The translations under genes were made by a program, and so were the position numbers. A DNA stretch of 64,000 nt from Malacoraja senta (lineage: Eukaryota). This document shows, piece after piece, positions 1 through 12,220 of the stretch. Position 1 is the stretch's first letter; the number at the start of each line of letters is the position of its first letter. The stretch is from positions 8,062,001-8,126,000 of the forward strand of contig CM075996.1 of the NCBI GenBank assembly GCA_038087875.1, written 5' to 3'. Under the pieces are notes generated by a model. It was given only the letters and a program-made list of their open reading frames with translations. It had not been told where the DNA came from and ran no database searches.

Positions 1-154
1 GAAGCTTACGCAAATTTTAGTTTTATTATTATTCATTAGTAAGATGTGGCTGTCACTACCTTGGCCCTGCCATGCAGCTGCCCAGGAGACTGTGCTGTGG
101 TGCCCTTTCCTGAACTGACTTTGCTGCAATCTAGTGTTTTACGAAGCCGTATCA

Positions 155-379
155 GCAACTCACAGGGAGTTGTGAGTCTGTGGAAGTCTCTGCCTCAGAG
201 GGCGGTGGAGGCCAGTTTCAAGAGAGAGCTAGATAGGGCTCTTAAAAATAGCGGAGTCAGGGGATATGGGGAGAAGGCAGGAACGGGGTACTGATTGGGG
301 ATGATCAGCCATGATCACATTGAATGGCGGTGCTGGCTCAAAGGGCCGAATGGCCTACTCCTGCACCTACTGTCTATTG
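155..379 (+). mobile_element. CR1/HER1-like LINE 3' end
   Basis: VVSLW.SLPQRAVEA remnant and a 3' UTR shared with other copies, ending in (TATTGTC)n. Confidence 0.8.
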
Positions 380-940
380 CAGGGGTGGGGAACCTTTTCA
401 TGTTGGAATGCCGCATTAAATTAGCTGTAATCTAATAAGGCCGCATCCAAGAAACTTCAATTAGATATACTTCAAAATGTACATTATTTTGTACAAATCT
501 AACCACTATGTGCTAACTTCAAGAAAATGAAAACATTTTGTTCATTCTAAAGTTAACTAACCTTTTAATGACTTTGTTGTGACTGCTTTTTGTGGGAAAG
601 CATTTGAATATTTGCAACACGGAGGTATGCAGTTTCAGCTGATCTTCCTGATGGGTGTCTGTCATTTGTGAGAGCGTGTTGATTTGGGTTGGGCAGGAGA
701 ATAGATTCGCAGCAATAAGTGGTTGAAAAGCAAGAAAGCATATTTCGTGCGGGGAGGATTATTTCGTTGAATCTTATAAGCTTTGGTATTTTAAATACGT
801 TCATTTTAAGATTAAAATTAAAATAATAAAAGACGAACAAAAACATATTAATAAAAATAAAAGGATTTGTTCTACAAAATTTGGATTCATTCAAAAGGCC
901 GCACTTAATGGCCTAGAAGGCCGCAGGTTCCCCACCCCTG
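380..940. mobile_element. Non-autonomous hAT (Charlie-like) element inserted in a CR1 tail
   Basis: TIR CAGGGGTGGGGAACCT / AGGTTCCCCACCCCTG and a perfect 8-bp TSD GTCTATTG (372-379, 941-948). Confidence 0.9.
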
Positions 941-2200
941 GTCTATTGTCTAACCAGTCTCTTGTTGTGGAGTCACAACTAAGCCACATTACGCAAGGAC
1001 TCCAACAGACCACATGTGTTTCCATGCCATCTGACCAGTACCGGATTATCCACTATCAATACTATCTTTTATTATCCCAGATAAGCACATGGATATGCAG
1101 GGGATGGAGGTCTCAGGATCAAATGCATGCAGAGGAGATTAGGTCTGAAAAGGGGTCTCACCCATTCCTTCCCTCCAGAGATGCTGCCTGTCCCGCTGAG
1201 TTACTCCAGCACTTTGTGTCTAACTTGGCAGTTTAACTTGCTGAGTCGGTGGGACGAAGGGCCTGTTTCCACGCTGTATCTCTAAACTAAACTAATCCAT
1301 CATTAGTACTATCTTTATTTTAATCTGAGAGGCACAGGGGTATGCAGGTAGTGGAGGGATAGTGATCACATGCAGGCAGAAGAGATTAGTTGAACTTGGC
1401 ATCATGTTTTGCATGTACATTGTAGCTGAAGAACCTGTTCCTGTTCTGCACTGTTGAATGCTCGATTTGCTTAATGAATTTGAATTCTCCAGCTCTTTGA
1501 TGAGATCATAAGACATAGGAGCAGAATTCTTTGCACATCTTTCATTAATTTGATCTATATCTCTCTATAATCACCATCTACATATCTCATTTCCCTTTCC
1601 CCTGACTCTCAGTCTGAAGAAAGGTCTCGACCCGAAAGGTCACCTGCTCCTTTCCTGCAGAGAAGCTGTCTGACCCTCTGAGTTACTCCAGCATTTTGTG
1701 TCTATCTTGTGTTTAATTGTCATATGTACCAAGGACAGAACAATAACATTCTTACTTGCAGCAGCATAACAGGCACAATACACATAGATAATATATTTTA
1801 AAAAATCAATAAATCAATAACCATAATACTAGTGCAACGAAAAGCCCCAAAGTTCTGAGTGTAACCAAAGACAGTCCATAGGAGTTCACAGTTGACTTAA
1901 CGTTGAGTGGTGTTCAAGAGCTTGATGGTTATGGGGAACGAGCAATTCTTAGTTCAGTTTAGTTTACTGTCATGTGTACCGAGGTACACTGAAAAGCTTT
2001 TTGTAGTGCGTTACCCAGTCAGCGGAAAGACAATACATGATTACAATCAAGCTGTCCACAGTGTACAGATACAGGATAAATGGAATAACGTTTAGTGCAA
2101 GATAAAGTCCAGTCAAGTCCGATTAAAGATAGTCCGAAGGTCTCCAATGAGGTAGAAGGTAGCCCAGGACCACTCCCTTGTTGGTGAAATAGGATAGTTC

Positions 2201-2980
2201 AAGGGCCTGTCCCACTTGGGCGTCATTTGCGCGTAATTTGTACAGAGCCCTAGTGAGACCACACCTGGAGTAATGTGTGCAGTTATGGTCCCCTAATTTG
2301 AGGAAGGACATTCTTGCTATTGAGGGAGTGCAGCGTAGGTTTACAAAGTTAATTCCTGGGATGGCGGGACTGTCATATGCTGAGAGAATGTAGCGGCTGG
2401 GCTTGTTGTACACTCTGGAGTTTAGAAGGATGAGAGGGGATCTCATTGAAACATATAAGATTGTTAAGGGCTTGGACACACTAGAGGCAGGAAACATGTT
2501 CCCGATGTTGGGGGAGTCAAGAACCAGGGGCCACAGTTTAAGAATAAGGAGTAAGCCATTTAGAACGGAGACGAGGAAACACTTTTTCACACAGAGTGGT
2601 GAGTCTGTAGAATTCTCTGCCTCAGAGGGCGGTGGAGGCGGGTTCTCTGGATGCTTTCAAGAGAGAGCTAGATAGGGCTCTTAAAAATAGCGGAGTCAGG
2701 GGATATGGGGAGAAGGCAGGAACGGGGTACTGATTGGGGATGATCAGCCATGATCACATTGAATGGCGGTGCTGGCTCGAAGGACCAAATGGCCTACACC
2801 TGCACCAATTGTCTATTGTCTATTGTCTAATTTACGCGACATCATGTACGCTTCACGACGCACGTGATTGCCGCATGGTGCATGGTGATGTAGGCAGTGA
2901 CGCGCGGCAGCGCGCGGCGCCCCAGGATTTTGTAATGTACAAAATCTTTGCGCGCCATCTGCGCAAATGACACCCAATAA
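2201..2980. mobile_element. Harbinger-type MITE, right end truncated, interrupted by a CR1 fragment
   Basis: Left end AAGGGCCTGTCCCACTTGGGCGTCATTTGCGCG has its partial inverse GCGCAAATGACACCCAA near 2961-2977. Confidence 0.6.
2239..2827 (+). mobile_element. CR1/HER1-like LINE 3' fragment
   Basis: RPHLE..VQ.WSP, RRMRGDLIETYKI and RTRGHSLRI motifs with stops, followed by a (TATTGTC)n tail. Confidence 0.9.
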
Positions 2981-3146
2981 GTTGCTTTATAACAGCTGGG
3001 AAGAAACTGTCCCTGAATCTGGAGGGCTTGAGGTAAAGTGGTGTACGATAAAGTGGCAATAAAGTGGCATATGCAGTTCCTTCCTGCACATAAAGTGGTG
3101 TACGCTGGAGATGACACACACACCGAATAACAAAGGCAGGACTCAC

Positions 3147-3225
3147 CTTGCACAGTCGCCGTTGATAACCATTTTGAGAATAAAGACATTTCCTTCACGG
3201 GGAACAGAAAAGGATTCATTTAGCC
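3147..3225 (-). other. Candidate 79-nt exon of an unidentified leftward gene; may contain the start codon
   Basis: Strong acceptor ctttttctctccaaag| and donor AAG|gtgagt in a repeat-free island. Possible starts MNPFLFPVKEMSLFSKWLSTATVQ or MVINGDCA. Product not recognised. Confidence 0.5.
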
Positions 3226-3377
3226 CTTTGGAGAGAAAAAGATTGCACCCATCAATGAGTTATAGGACCAAGAAAATTGTAATTGCATTCCCCTTATACC
3301 TCAGTGCGACGGCAATCACATGAGGTGATGGTATATCAACCCGACTCTAATTACAGTCTGAAAAAGTCCCGAAATGT

Positions 3378-3695
3378 GGGCGGTACGGTGGCGCAGCGGT
3401 AGAGTTGCTGCCTCACAGCGTTTGCAGCGCCAGAGACTGGGGTTCGATCCCGACTATGGGTGCTGTCTGTACGGAGTTTGTACACTCTCCCTGTGACCAT
3501 GGGTTTTCCCCGAGATCTTCGGTTTCCTCCCCACACTCCAAAGACGTACAGGTTTGTAGGTTAATTGGCTTGGTATAAAGTGCAAATCGTCCCTAGTGTG
3601 TGTAGGATAGTGTTAATGTGCGGGGATCGCTGGTTGGCGCGGACCCGGTGGCCCAAAGGGCCTGTTTCTGCACTGTTTCTCTAAACTAAACTAAA
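3378..3695 (+). mobile_element. tRNA-derived SINE (HE1/V-SINE-like); about 20 further copies in the window, e.g. 4195-4475(-), 12470-12720, 13362-13665(-), 14782-15070(-), 18850-19145(-), 22549-22845, 27040-27330(-), 44255-44550
   Basis: A box TGGCGCAGCGG, B box GGTTCGATCC, a conserved central domain and a LINE-shared tail ending in (CTAAA)n. Confidence 0.85.
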
Positions 3696-5399
3696 ATTCC
3701 AAAGACGTTCAGGTTTATAGGTTAATTGGCTTGGTATGAAGTGTAAATTGTCCCTATTGTGTATAGGATAGTGTTAATGTGCGGGGATCGCTGGTCGGGG
3801 TGGACCCGCTGGGCCCAAAGGGCCTGTTTCCAGTTTCCGTGCTGTATCTCAAAACTAAACTACAAATATCACCTATCTATGTCCTCCAGAGATGCTGCCT
3901 GACCTGCTGAGTTACTCCAGCACTTTGTGTCCTTTTGTGTAAACCAGCATCGACAGACCCTTGTGTCTACTGTTTACCCCATTTCCCAACAGGTGAGGGT
4001 ACAACGCTGCCATTATCCCTGGAGTTTGCACTCTCAAACCATAAGTGGAATTCGACCATGTTGTGATCTGTAGTCCCCAGACGATCTTTAATTACAAGAT
4101 CGAATTAGTCCTCTTTCCTGTCCCTCATACTCTTCTGCCTATATCCCTCTCTTGCTTCGCATTTCACTCTTTAGTCTTTTAGACTTCGACTTTTGAAATA
4201 CAGCATGAAAACAGGCCCTTCGGCCCACCGAGTCCACGCCTACCAGCGATTACGCTGTACACCAGCACTATCCTACACACTAGGGACAATTTACAGAAGC
4301 CAATTCACCTACAAGCCTGCACGTCTTTGGAGGGTGGGAGGAAAGCAGAGAACCTAGAAAAAGAACCACAGGGAGAATGTACAAACTCCATACAGACAGC
4401 ACCCGCAGTCAGGATCAAACCCAGGTCTCTGGTGATGCAAGGCTGCAACTCTACCGCTGCACCACCGTGCCACCCTTTCCGCTCCCCACCTTATTTGACA
4501 TCCTTTTGTCGCCTTTTCATCTTTGGTCTTTGCCCACCCATCTTCCTCCACCTGTATCCACCTATCACTTGCCAGGGATAGACACAAAAAGCTGGAGTAA
4601 CTCAGCTGGACAGGCAGCATCTCTGGAGAGAAGGAATGGGTGACATTTCGGGTCGGCGCCCTTCTTCAGACTGAGAGTCAGGCGAGAGTGAAACGAGAGA
4701 TATGGAAGTGCAGGGTGTGAAAACGACAGATCAAAGCAAACGATGATCAAGGAAATGTAGAATGGGTCAATGTTGGCTATGAGGAAGGTGACAACGAGGC
4801 ATGCAAATGGTAAAATGAATCAGGAGGACAGTGAAACTAGCTGGAGGACTAAGGTCATAAATAATAGTAGAATTAGGCCATTCGGCCCATCAAGTCTACT
4901 CCTCCACTCAATCATGGCTGATCTATCTCTCTCATTTCCCTGCCTTCTCCCCATAAACTCTGACACCCATACTAATCAAGAAATGTGTCAATTGGGATGA
5001 GGGAGGGGGGAGGGACGGGGTGAGAGAAGGAAAGCAAGGATTACTTGAAGTTATAGAAATCAATGTTCATACCGCTGGGTTGTCAGCTGCCCAAGCGATA
5101 TTGGTGGAGGCGGCCGCGGGAGGCCCTACAGCAGGCGGGCGAGCGAGCGGATCGGGAGCAGCCTGCAGAAGCTGCACGGAGCGGTGGTGGAAGGAGCTGA
5201 CGCCATCACACTGGGCCAGGCCCACCCCGACCACCCATCCGGTGCCGCCATGACACCTGGCCTTCAATGTGAAAAAATAAGTAACTGCAAATCTCATTGG
5301 GCCAAGATCAGACTTTGGAAGTTGCAAGAGGCCACCGGAACATGATGGCTCTCGGCATGCTTGTTCCAGAAGAGCATCCATTGTACTCATTATGGTGTG

Positions 5400-5685
5400 A
5401 GTTGGCACCTCACTATAGTGCATACTGTCATTGTGTCCTTGGGCAAGACACTTCACCCACCTTTGCCTGCGTGTGAATGTGTGTGAATGCGTGTGAGTGA
5501 TTGGTGGTGGTCGGAGGGGCCGTAGGCGCAGATTAGCAGCCACGCTTCCGTCAGTCTGCCCCAGGGCAGCTGTGGCTACAGAAGTAGCTCACCACCACCG
5601 AGTGTGACTGAGGAGTGAATGAATAATGCGATGTAAAGCGCCTTGAGTATTAGAAAGGCGCTATATAAATCCAATCCATTATTAC
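5400..5685 (+). mobile_element. SINE-like element with an L2-type tail, distinct from the dominant SINE family
   Basis: GTGTCCTTGGGCAAGACACTTCACCCACC core and a TGTAAAGCGCCTTGAG...AAAGGCGCTATATAAAT stem-loop tail ending in (ATT)n. Confidence 0.65.
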
Positions 5686-6423
5686 ATCTTCGTACACATG
5701 ACAACCAAACTAAACCAATTCTGTCCTTTGCTTTACTGCACCACTGCTTCCTCATTTCTTGGTCATTTATTGAGCTTCCCATCATGAGAACCTTCCCCTC
5801 CCCCCCTCCTCGCTGTCTGCTGAGGCGCAGTGCCTTGTAGGAGTGTGAAAGGAATGCTGTTGGGCCAGAGGCACAGGACTGAGGGGGCAGAGGTATTGCC
5901 AAACAAGTCACTGTGTTTAATTTAGTGCACTTTAGTTTATTGTCACGTGTACCAAGGAACAATGAAAAGCCTTTCTTATTTTAGTTTCAGTTTAGTTTAT
6001 TGTCACGTGTACCGAGGTACAGTGAAAATCTTTTGTTGCGTGCTAACCAGTCAGCGGAAAGATAATACATGATTGCAATCGAGCCATTTAGATGATAAGG
6101 GAATAACGTTTAGTGCAAGGTAAAGGCAATAAAGTCCGATCAAAGATAGTCCGAGGGTCACCAATGAGGTAGATAGTAGTTCAGGACTGCTCTCTAGTTG
6201 TAGAGGGATGGTTTGGTTGCCTGACACACACTGCCTGACAAGAATCTATCCCTGAATCTGGAAACTGTCCCTAATTTCTTGCATGCTAACCAGTCAGCAG
6301 AAAGACTATACATGATTACAATCGACGTAGAGATACTTAATGGAGGGAATAACATTTACTGCAAGACACAGACCTGCTAAGTCTGATTAAAGATAGTCTG
6401 AGGGTCACCAACAAATATTTAGC

Positions 6424-6900
6424 AAACACAAAACCAAAACCTGCAGATGCTTGGAATCCGAGATAAAATCAGAAAGAGCTAGAAACACTCTGCCAGCCGG
6501 GCAGCGTCTGAGGAGAGTGAAGCATTAACGTCACAGGTCAAAGACCCTTCTTCGGAGGCCGAGGGAGCAGTTGCACTGCAGAATGAGGCATTTAACTGAA
6601 CATAAAAACATAGAAAAAACATCTGCAGATGCTTAGAACCCAAGATAAAATCAGAGCATGCTGGAAACATTCTGCCAGCCGGGCAGCATCTGAGGAGAGA
6701 GAATCATCAACGTTACCGGTCAAAGATCCTTCCTCAGAGGCTAGCGGAGCAGTTGCTCTGCAGAATAAAGCATTTAACTAATTTAAACACAAAAGAAAAA
6801 CCCGCAGGTGCTTGGAACCCGAGATAAAATCAGAGAGAGTTGGAAAGCAGCGTCTGAGGAGAGAGAAGCATCAACGTTACCGGTCAAAGACCCTTCCTGG
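6424..6900 (-). repeat. Tandem array of ~180-bp units (about 2.6 copies) related to the PLE tail
   Basis: C(T/C)GCAG(A/G)TGCT recurs at 6441, 6623 and 6802; the units align throughout. Confidence 0.8.
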
Positions 6901-7559
6901 GAGCTGGGGGAGGAGAGAAACCAAATTACTTTATAGTTCACAAGTTATGGGAGTAGAATTAGGCCCATCGAGTCTACTCCGCCATTCAATCAAGGCTGAT
7001 CTCTGCCTCCTAATCCCATTTTCCCGCCTTCTCCCCATAACCTTTGACACCCGTTCTCATCAAGAATTTGTCTATCTGTGCCTTAAAAACATCCACTGAC
7101 TTGGCCTCCACAGCCCTCTGTGGCAATGACTTCCACGGATTAACTACCCTCTGACTAAATAAAGTTCCTCCTCACCTCCTTTCTAAACAGAGCGCCCTTT
7201 GCTGAGGCTGTGACCTCTGGTCCAAGATTCTCCCACCTGTGGAAACATCGTTTCCACATCCACTCTATCCAGGCCTGTCATTACACTGTAAGTTTCAATG
7301 AGGTACCCCCCTCAACCTTCTAAACTCCAGCCTAGTACAGGCCCAGTGCCTCTAACCCATGCTAACCCACTCATTCCTGGGATCATGCTTGTAAACCTCC
7401 TCTCTGGACCCTCTCCAGAGCCAGCACATCTTCCCCTCAGATATGGGGCCCAGATTTGCTCAGTCATGTGCAGAGACTGTGGGGAATGTCAGGAGGGGGT
7501 GAGGGGGCTCTGGCCCCAGCTGGGATCTTGCTGTGCAGCCCAGGTCAGGGACCTCCGGA

Positions 7560-8190
7560 GGCCGTGTCGTTGCCACGGAGACGCCTGACCCTCGGCCCCG
7601 CGACCCCCGAGACTCACCGGCTGAAGCGCGAAGCGTCCGACCGGCGCTGGCGGCCACCGTAGGCCGGGCTGAGCCCGCCCACCTGTGACTGACGGCAGTT
7701 GCACCCAATCAAACACCAGGGTGGACAAGAAGCACCCGCCCACCTGTGACAGACGGATGTCGCACCCAATCAGACGCCGGAACGGCCAAGAAGCGCCCGT
7801 CCAACCTTTACATCCAATCAAATCAAGGAGAGTCCGCCTACATGTGATTGACGGCGGTCACACCCAATCAAACACTAGACGGGCCAGGTAAGGCCCGCCC
7901 ATATCTGACCGACAGCCGCTCCACCCAATCAAACGCCTGGATGGACAGGTAAAGCCCGCCCATCTGTAACTGACAGTGGTCTCACCCAATCACACCCCAG
8001 AATGGCGCATTCCCGTCCAATCAGACGCCGGAATAGCCATGGAAAGCCCGCCCACTTGTGATTGACGTCCGTTCCATCCAATCAGACGCCAGACCACAGG
8101 GTCACTGGGCGGACCCGTCCCGATTTTCGACCAACCGGATGGATAGGATCTGTCTGACCGACCAATCATTAAGCCACCTGGCAGGGTGAA
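7560..8190 (-). promoter_or_regulatory. CpG-rich promoter with a tandem ~61-bp GC-box/TGAnTGAC/CCAAT module, an RFX X-box-like site and a putative non-coding first exon ending at donor 7618
   Basis: Nine CCAAT (7705, 7766, 7814, 7864, 7925, 7986, 8017, 8078, 8162), repeated GCCCGCCC, GTTGCCACGGAGAC at 7569-7582, and minus-strand donor CCG|gtgagt at 7618/7617. Confidence 0.7.
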
Positions 8191-9469
8191 GAAGTTGCAG
8201 GGTGAACAAGAAACGTGGACAAAACAGAAAGTGCAGGAAACACCCAGCGGATCGGACAGCATCTGTGGAAGGGAATGTGTAGGAAGGAACTGCAGATGCT
8301 GCTTTAAACCAAAGATAGACACAAAAAGCTGGAGTAACTCAGCGGGACAGGCAGCATCTCTGGAGAGAAGGAATGGGTGACGTTTTGGGTCGACACCCTT
8401 CTTCAGACTGGTTAGGGAAAAGGGAAACGAGAGATATAGATGGTGATGTAGAGAGATAAAGAACAACGAATGAAAGATATTCAAAAAAGTAACGATGAAA
8501 AAGGAAACAGGCCACTGTTAGCTGTTTGTTGCGTGAAAACAAGAAGCTAGTGCGACTTGGGTGGGTGAGGGATGGAGAGAGAGGGAATGCCCGGGTTACC
8601 TGAAGTGAGAGAAATCAGCAATCATAACACTGTTCTGTAAGCTGTCCAAACGAAATATGAGATGCTGTTTCTCCAATCCTCAAAGGAACTGCAGATGCTG
8701 GTTTAATCCGATGATAGATACAAAACATTGACACAGCCAAAAACAGACTGCTGGGGGAAATGAATGGGTCAGGCAGCATCTATGGAGGGATAGTCCAGTC
8801 CCTGCATTTCCTCTCTCCACAAACTGAAGGCACCACCACTCTTGCGTCACTCTTGTTCCCCATCTTGTCACACAGTTAGTTCCCTTTTAGTTTCAGTCTA
8901 GTTTACGGCCACGTGCACTGGTGAAAGGCTTTTGTCGCATGCTCTCCAGTCAGCAGAAAGACTATACATAATTACAATCAAGCTATTTACAGTGTACAGA
9001 TACATGTTAAGGGAATAACATTTAGTGCAAAGTAAAGCCAGTAAAGTCCGATCAAAGATAGTCACCAAAGAGGTAGATAGTGGTTCAGCACTGCTCTCTG
9101 GTTCTGGTTGTTTTACCCACGCCTCCTCCAAATGATGATGATATTTTACTGCCACAAGTGCCTGTGTACCAAGGTACAGTAAAATTATTTGTTTTGCACA
9201 CAATCCAGTAAAATCATTCTATAGACATAAGCACAAAAGTGCAATGATTGTTGTGCAATCATAGATGTCACCGAGTACACAAAACGTTGCCATATTTCTG
9301 GCGCCCACAAAGTTTCAACGTTCTGAAGAGTGCTGAATTAGTGTAAAAGAAGGGCGAGACTTCGGGAACGACAAACCGGGTACAACCATCGCAAGGAGGA
9401 GGGACCTGAGTTTGAAGCACAATGAAGACTACCCCCATACCAACAGAGTGAATCTGGCCAATTCATTCA

Positions 9470-10105
9470 TAAAGTCATAGTGATACAGCGTGGAAACAGG
9501 CCCTTCGGCCCCAACATGCCCATACCGGCCAACATATCCCAGCTACACTAGTCCCACCTGCCTGCGTTTGACCAATATCCATTGGCACAGATCCTATCCA
9601 TGTACCTGCCTAACTGTTTCTTAAATGTTGGGATAGTCCCAGCCTCAACTGCCTCCTCTGGCAACTTGTTCCATACACCCACCACCCTTTGTGTGAAAAG
9701 GTTACCCCTCAAATTTCTATTAAATCTTTTCCCCTTCACCTTAAACCTATGCCCTCTTGTCCTTGATTAGCCTATTCTAGGCAAGAGACTCTGTGCATCT
9801 ACCCGATCTATTCCTCTCATGATTTTATACACCTCTATAAGATCACCCCTCATGCTCCTGCGCTCCAAAGAATAGAGTCCCAGTCTACTCAACCTCTCTC
9901 TATAGCTGAGACCCTCTAGTCCTGGCAACATTCTCATAAATCTTCTCTGTGCCCTTTCTAGCCTGACAACATCTTTCCTATAACATGGTGCCCAGAACTG
10001 AACACAATACTCTAAATGCGGCCTCACCAACGTCTTATACAACTGCAACATGACCTCCCAACTGCTATACTCGATACTCAGACTGATGAAGGCCAATGTG
10101 CCAAA
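9470..10105 (-). mobile_element. CR1-like LINE 3' fragment (second subfamily)
   Basis: LQLYKTLVRPHLEYCVQFWAP...RGDLIEVYKIMRG. The 3' tail GGGCCGAAGGGCCTGTTTCCACGCTGTATC is shared with the SINEs. Confidence 0.9.
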
Positions 10106-11709
10106 TGTCGTGATACATCTTGGTACAAGTGACAATAGTAAACCAATATTAATACCAATCTCTTCACGGATGCTGCCTGACCTACCGGGTGTTTCCAACT
10201 TTTCCTGTTTTTATTTCAGATTTTTAGCATCTGCGGTTTTTTGCTCTTTATCGCGTGGGGTTGCTTGCTGCTGGTCAAGTCCAAGATACACGGACATTGG
10301 CCACTGCTGTGCCTACATCTCCGTTGTCTACATTTCATAAGTTCATAAGTTCCAGTAGTAAGATAAGGCCATTCGGCCCATCAAGTCTACTCCACCATTC
10401 AATCATGGCTGATCTATCTCTCCCTCTCAACCCCATTCTCCTGCCTTCTCCCCATAACCCCTGACACCGTACTAATCCAGTATCTATCTATCCCTGCCTT
10501 AAAAAAATATCCACTGACTTGGCCCCCACAGCATTCTGTGGCAATGAACACAGATTCACCACCTTCTGACTAAAGAAATTCCTCCTCGTCTCCTTTCTAT
10601 AGGTATGTCCTTTTATTCTGAGGCTATGGCTTCTGGTCCTAGATCCACTAGTGGAAACATCCTCTCCGCATCCACTCTGTCCAGGCCTTTCACTATTCGT
10701 TAAGTTTCAATGATTATTCTAAACTAAGTTTCAATGTTTATTCTAAACTCCAGCGAGTCAGGCCCAGTGCCGTCAAAAATGCTCATCATATGTTAACCCA
10801 ATCATACCTGGGATCATTTTCGTAGACCTCCTCTGGACCCTCTCCAATGCCAACACATCCTTCGTCAGATATGGGGCCCAAAACTGCTTGGGTCTGAAGA
10901 AGGGCCTTGTCCCAAAACATCACCTATCCATGTTCTCCAGAGATGCTGCCTGACCTGCTGAGTTATTCCAGTGCTTTGTGTGTTTCTTGCACAAACATAC
11001 CACAGTAAAGAAATACTACGATGCCCAAGGAAGCTAAACCCATTTAACCCAGAGTCTTTCTCTGTGCCTTCTTACTCTCTGACTCTAAGAGTGGGCTATG
11101 GACAACGTTACTCCTGAAACAGAGTTTCCCTGACCGTAAGATCTGCTCGGCTCCCTGACACAAGCGATGTGGATGGATCAGCACTCTCCAGGTGCTGGAA
11201 GAGTGCTGCGGGTATGCGACTGTGTTTTTAAAGACAGCTGATCATCCACACATTTATCTCCTCCCGCCTCGATTACTGCAACTCCCTTTACACTGGCATC
11301 AGCCAATCTTCCCTGTCCCGCCTGCAACTGGTCTAAAACGCCGCAAAAGGCTGCCAGTATCATCAAAGACCCACACCATCCTGGCCACACACTCATCTCC
11401 CTGCTACCTTCAGGTAGAAGGTACAGGAGCCTGAAGACTGCAACAACCAGGTTCAGGAATAGCTACTTCCCCACATCCATTAGGCTATTAAACCTGGCTC
11501 GGACAAAACTCTGATTATTAATAACCCATTATCTGTTATCTGCACTTTATCAGTTTATTTATTCATGTGTGTATATATTTATATTATGGTATTTGGACAC
11601 ACTGATCTGTTTTGTAGTAAATGCCTACTATGTTCTGTGTGCTGAAGCAAAGCAAGAATTTCATTGTCCTATCAGGAACACATGACAATAAACTCGCTTG
11701 ACTTGACTT

Positions 11710-12220
11710 GACGACCACATCACGCTGATCCTGGCCTCTCTCCACTGGCTCCCTGTGCGGTTCTGAATAAATTTCAACACCCTTCTTCATGTTTACAAAG
11801 CCCTTAACGGGCTTGCCCCCACCTACATCAAAAGTCTGTTTACCCACCACACCACCTCCACGTCCCTCAGATCGTCCGACTTGGGGTTACTGAACATCCC
11901 GTGGTCTAGGCATGAGCTCTGGGGCGAACGCGCCTTTGCGGTTGCAGCTCCTAGACTGTGGAACAGCATCCCTCTTCCCATCAGAACTGCCCCCTCCTTC
12001 GACTCTTTTAAGACGAGACTTAAAACTCATCTTTACTCTCAAGCCTTTCTTGACGTCCTCTGAGGGAGGGCTATATATATGTATTTATGTATGTACTTAA
12101 TCTATGAACCACTGTTGTATAACGTTAGTACCTCCACCAATGTAAAGCACTTTGGTCAACGAGAGTTGTTTTTTAAATGTGCTATAGAAATAAAAGTGAC
12201 TTGACTTGACTTGACTGACT
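11710..12220 (+). mobile_element. L2-clade LINE 3' end
   Basis: DHIT..LASLHWLPV, YKALNGLAP.Y, and GERAFAVAAPRLWNSIP..IR...S..SFK..LKTHL motifs. Confidence 0.85.

Noticed and set aside
3378..3470. tRNA gene calls from A/B boxes here and in similar copies
   Set aside because: These are SINE heads followed by a SINE body and LINE-like tail; they do not form a complete cloverleaf.
5067..5543. 158-aa minus-strand ORF as an exon of the leftward gene
   Set aside because: It spans a SINE-like element and other repeat fragments, with no convincing splice sites or recognisable domain.
7670..8170. CRISPR-like repeat/spacer appearance
   Set aside because: The repeats are degenerate transcription-factor motifs in vertebrate DNA, with no identical direct repeats and no cas genes.
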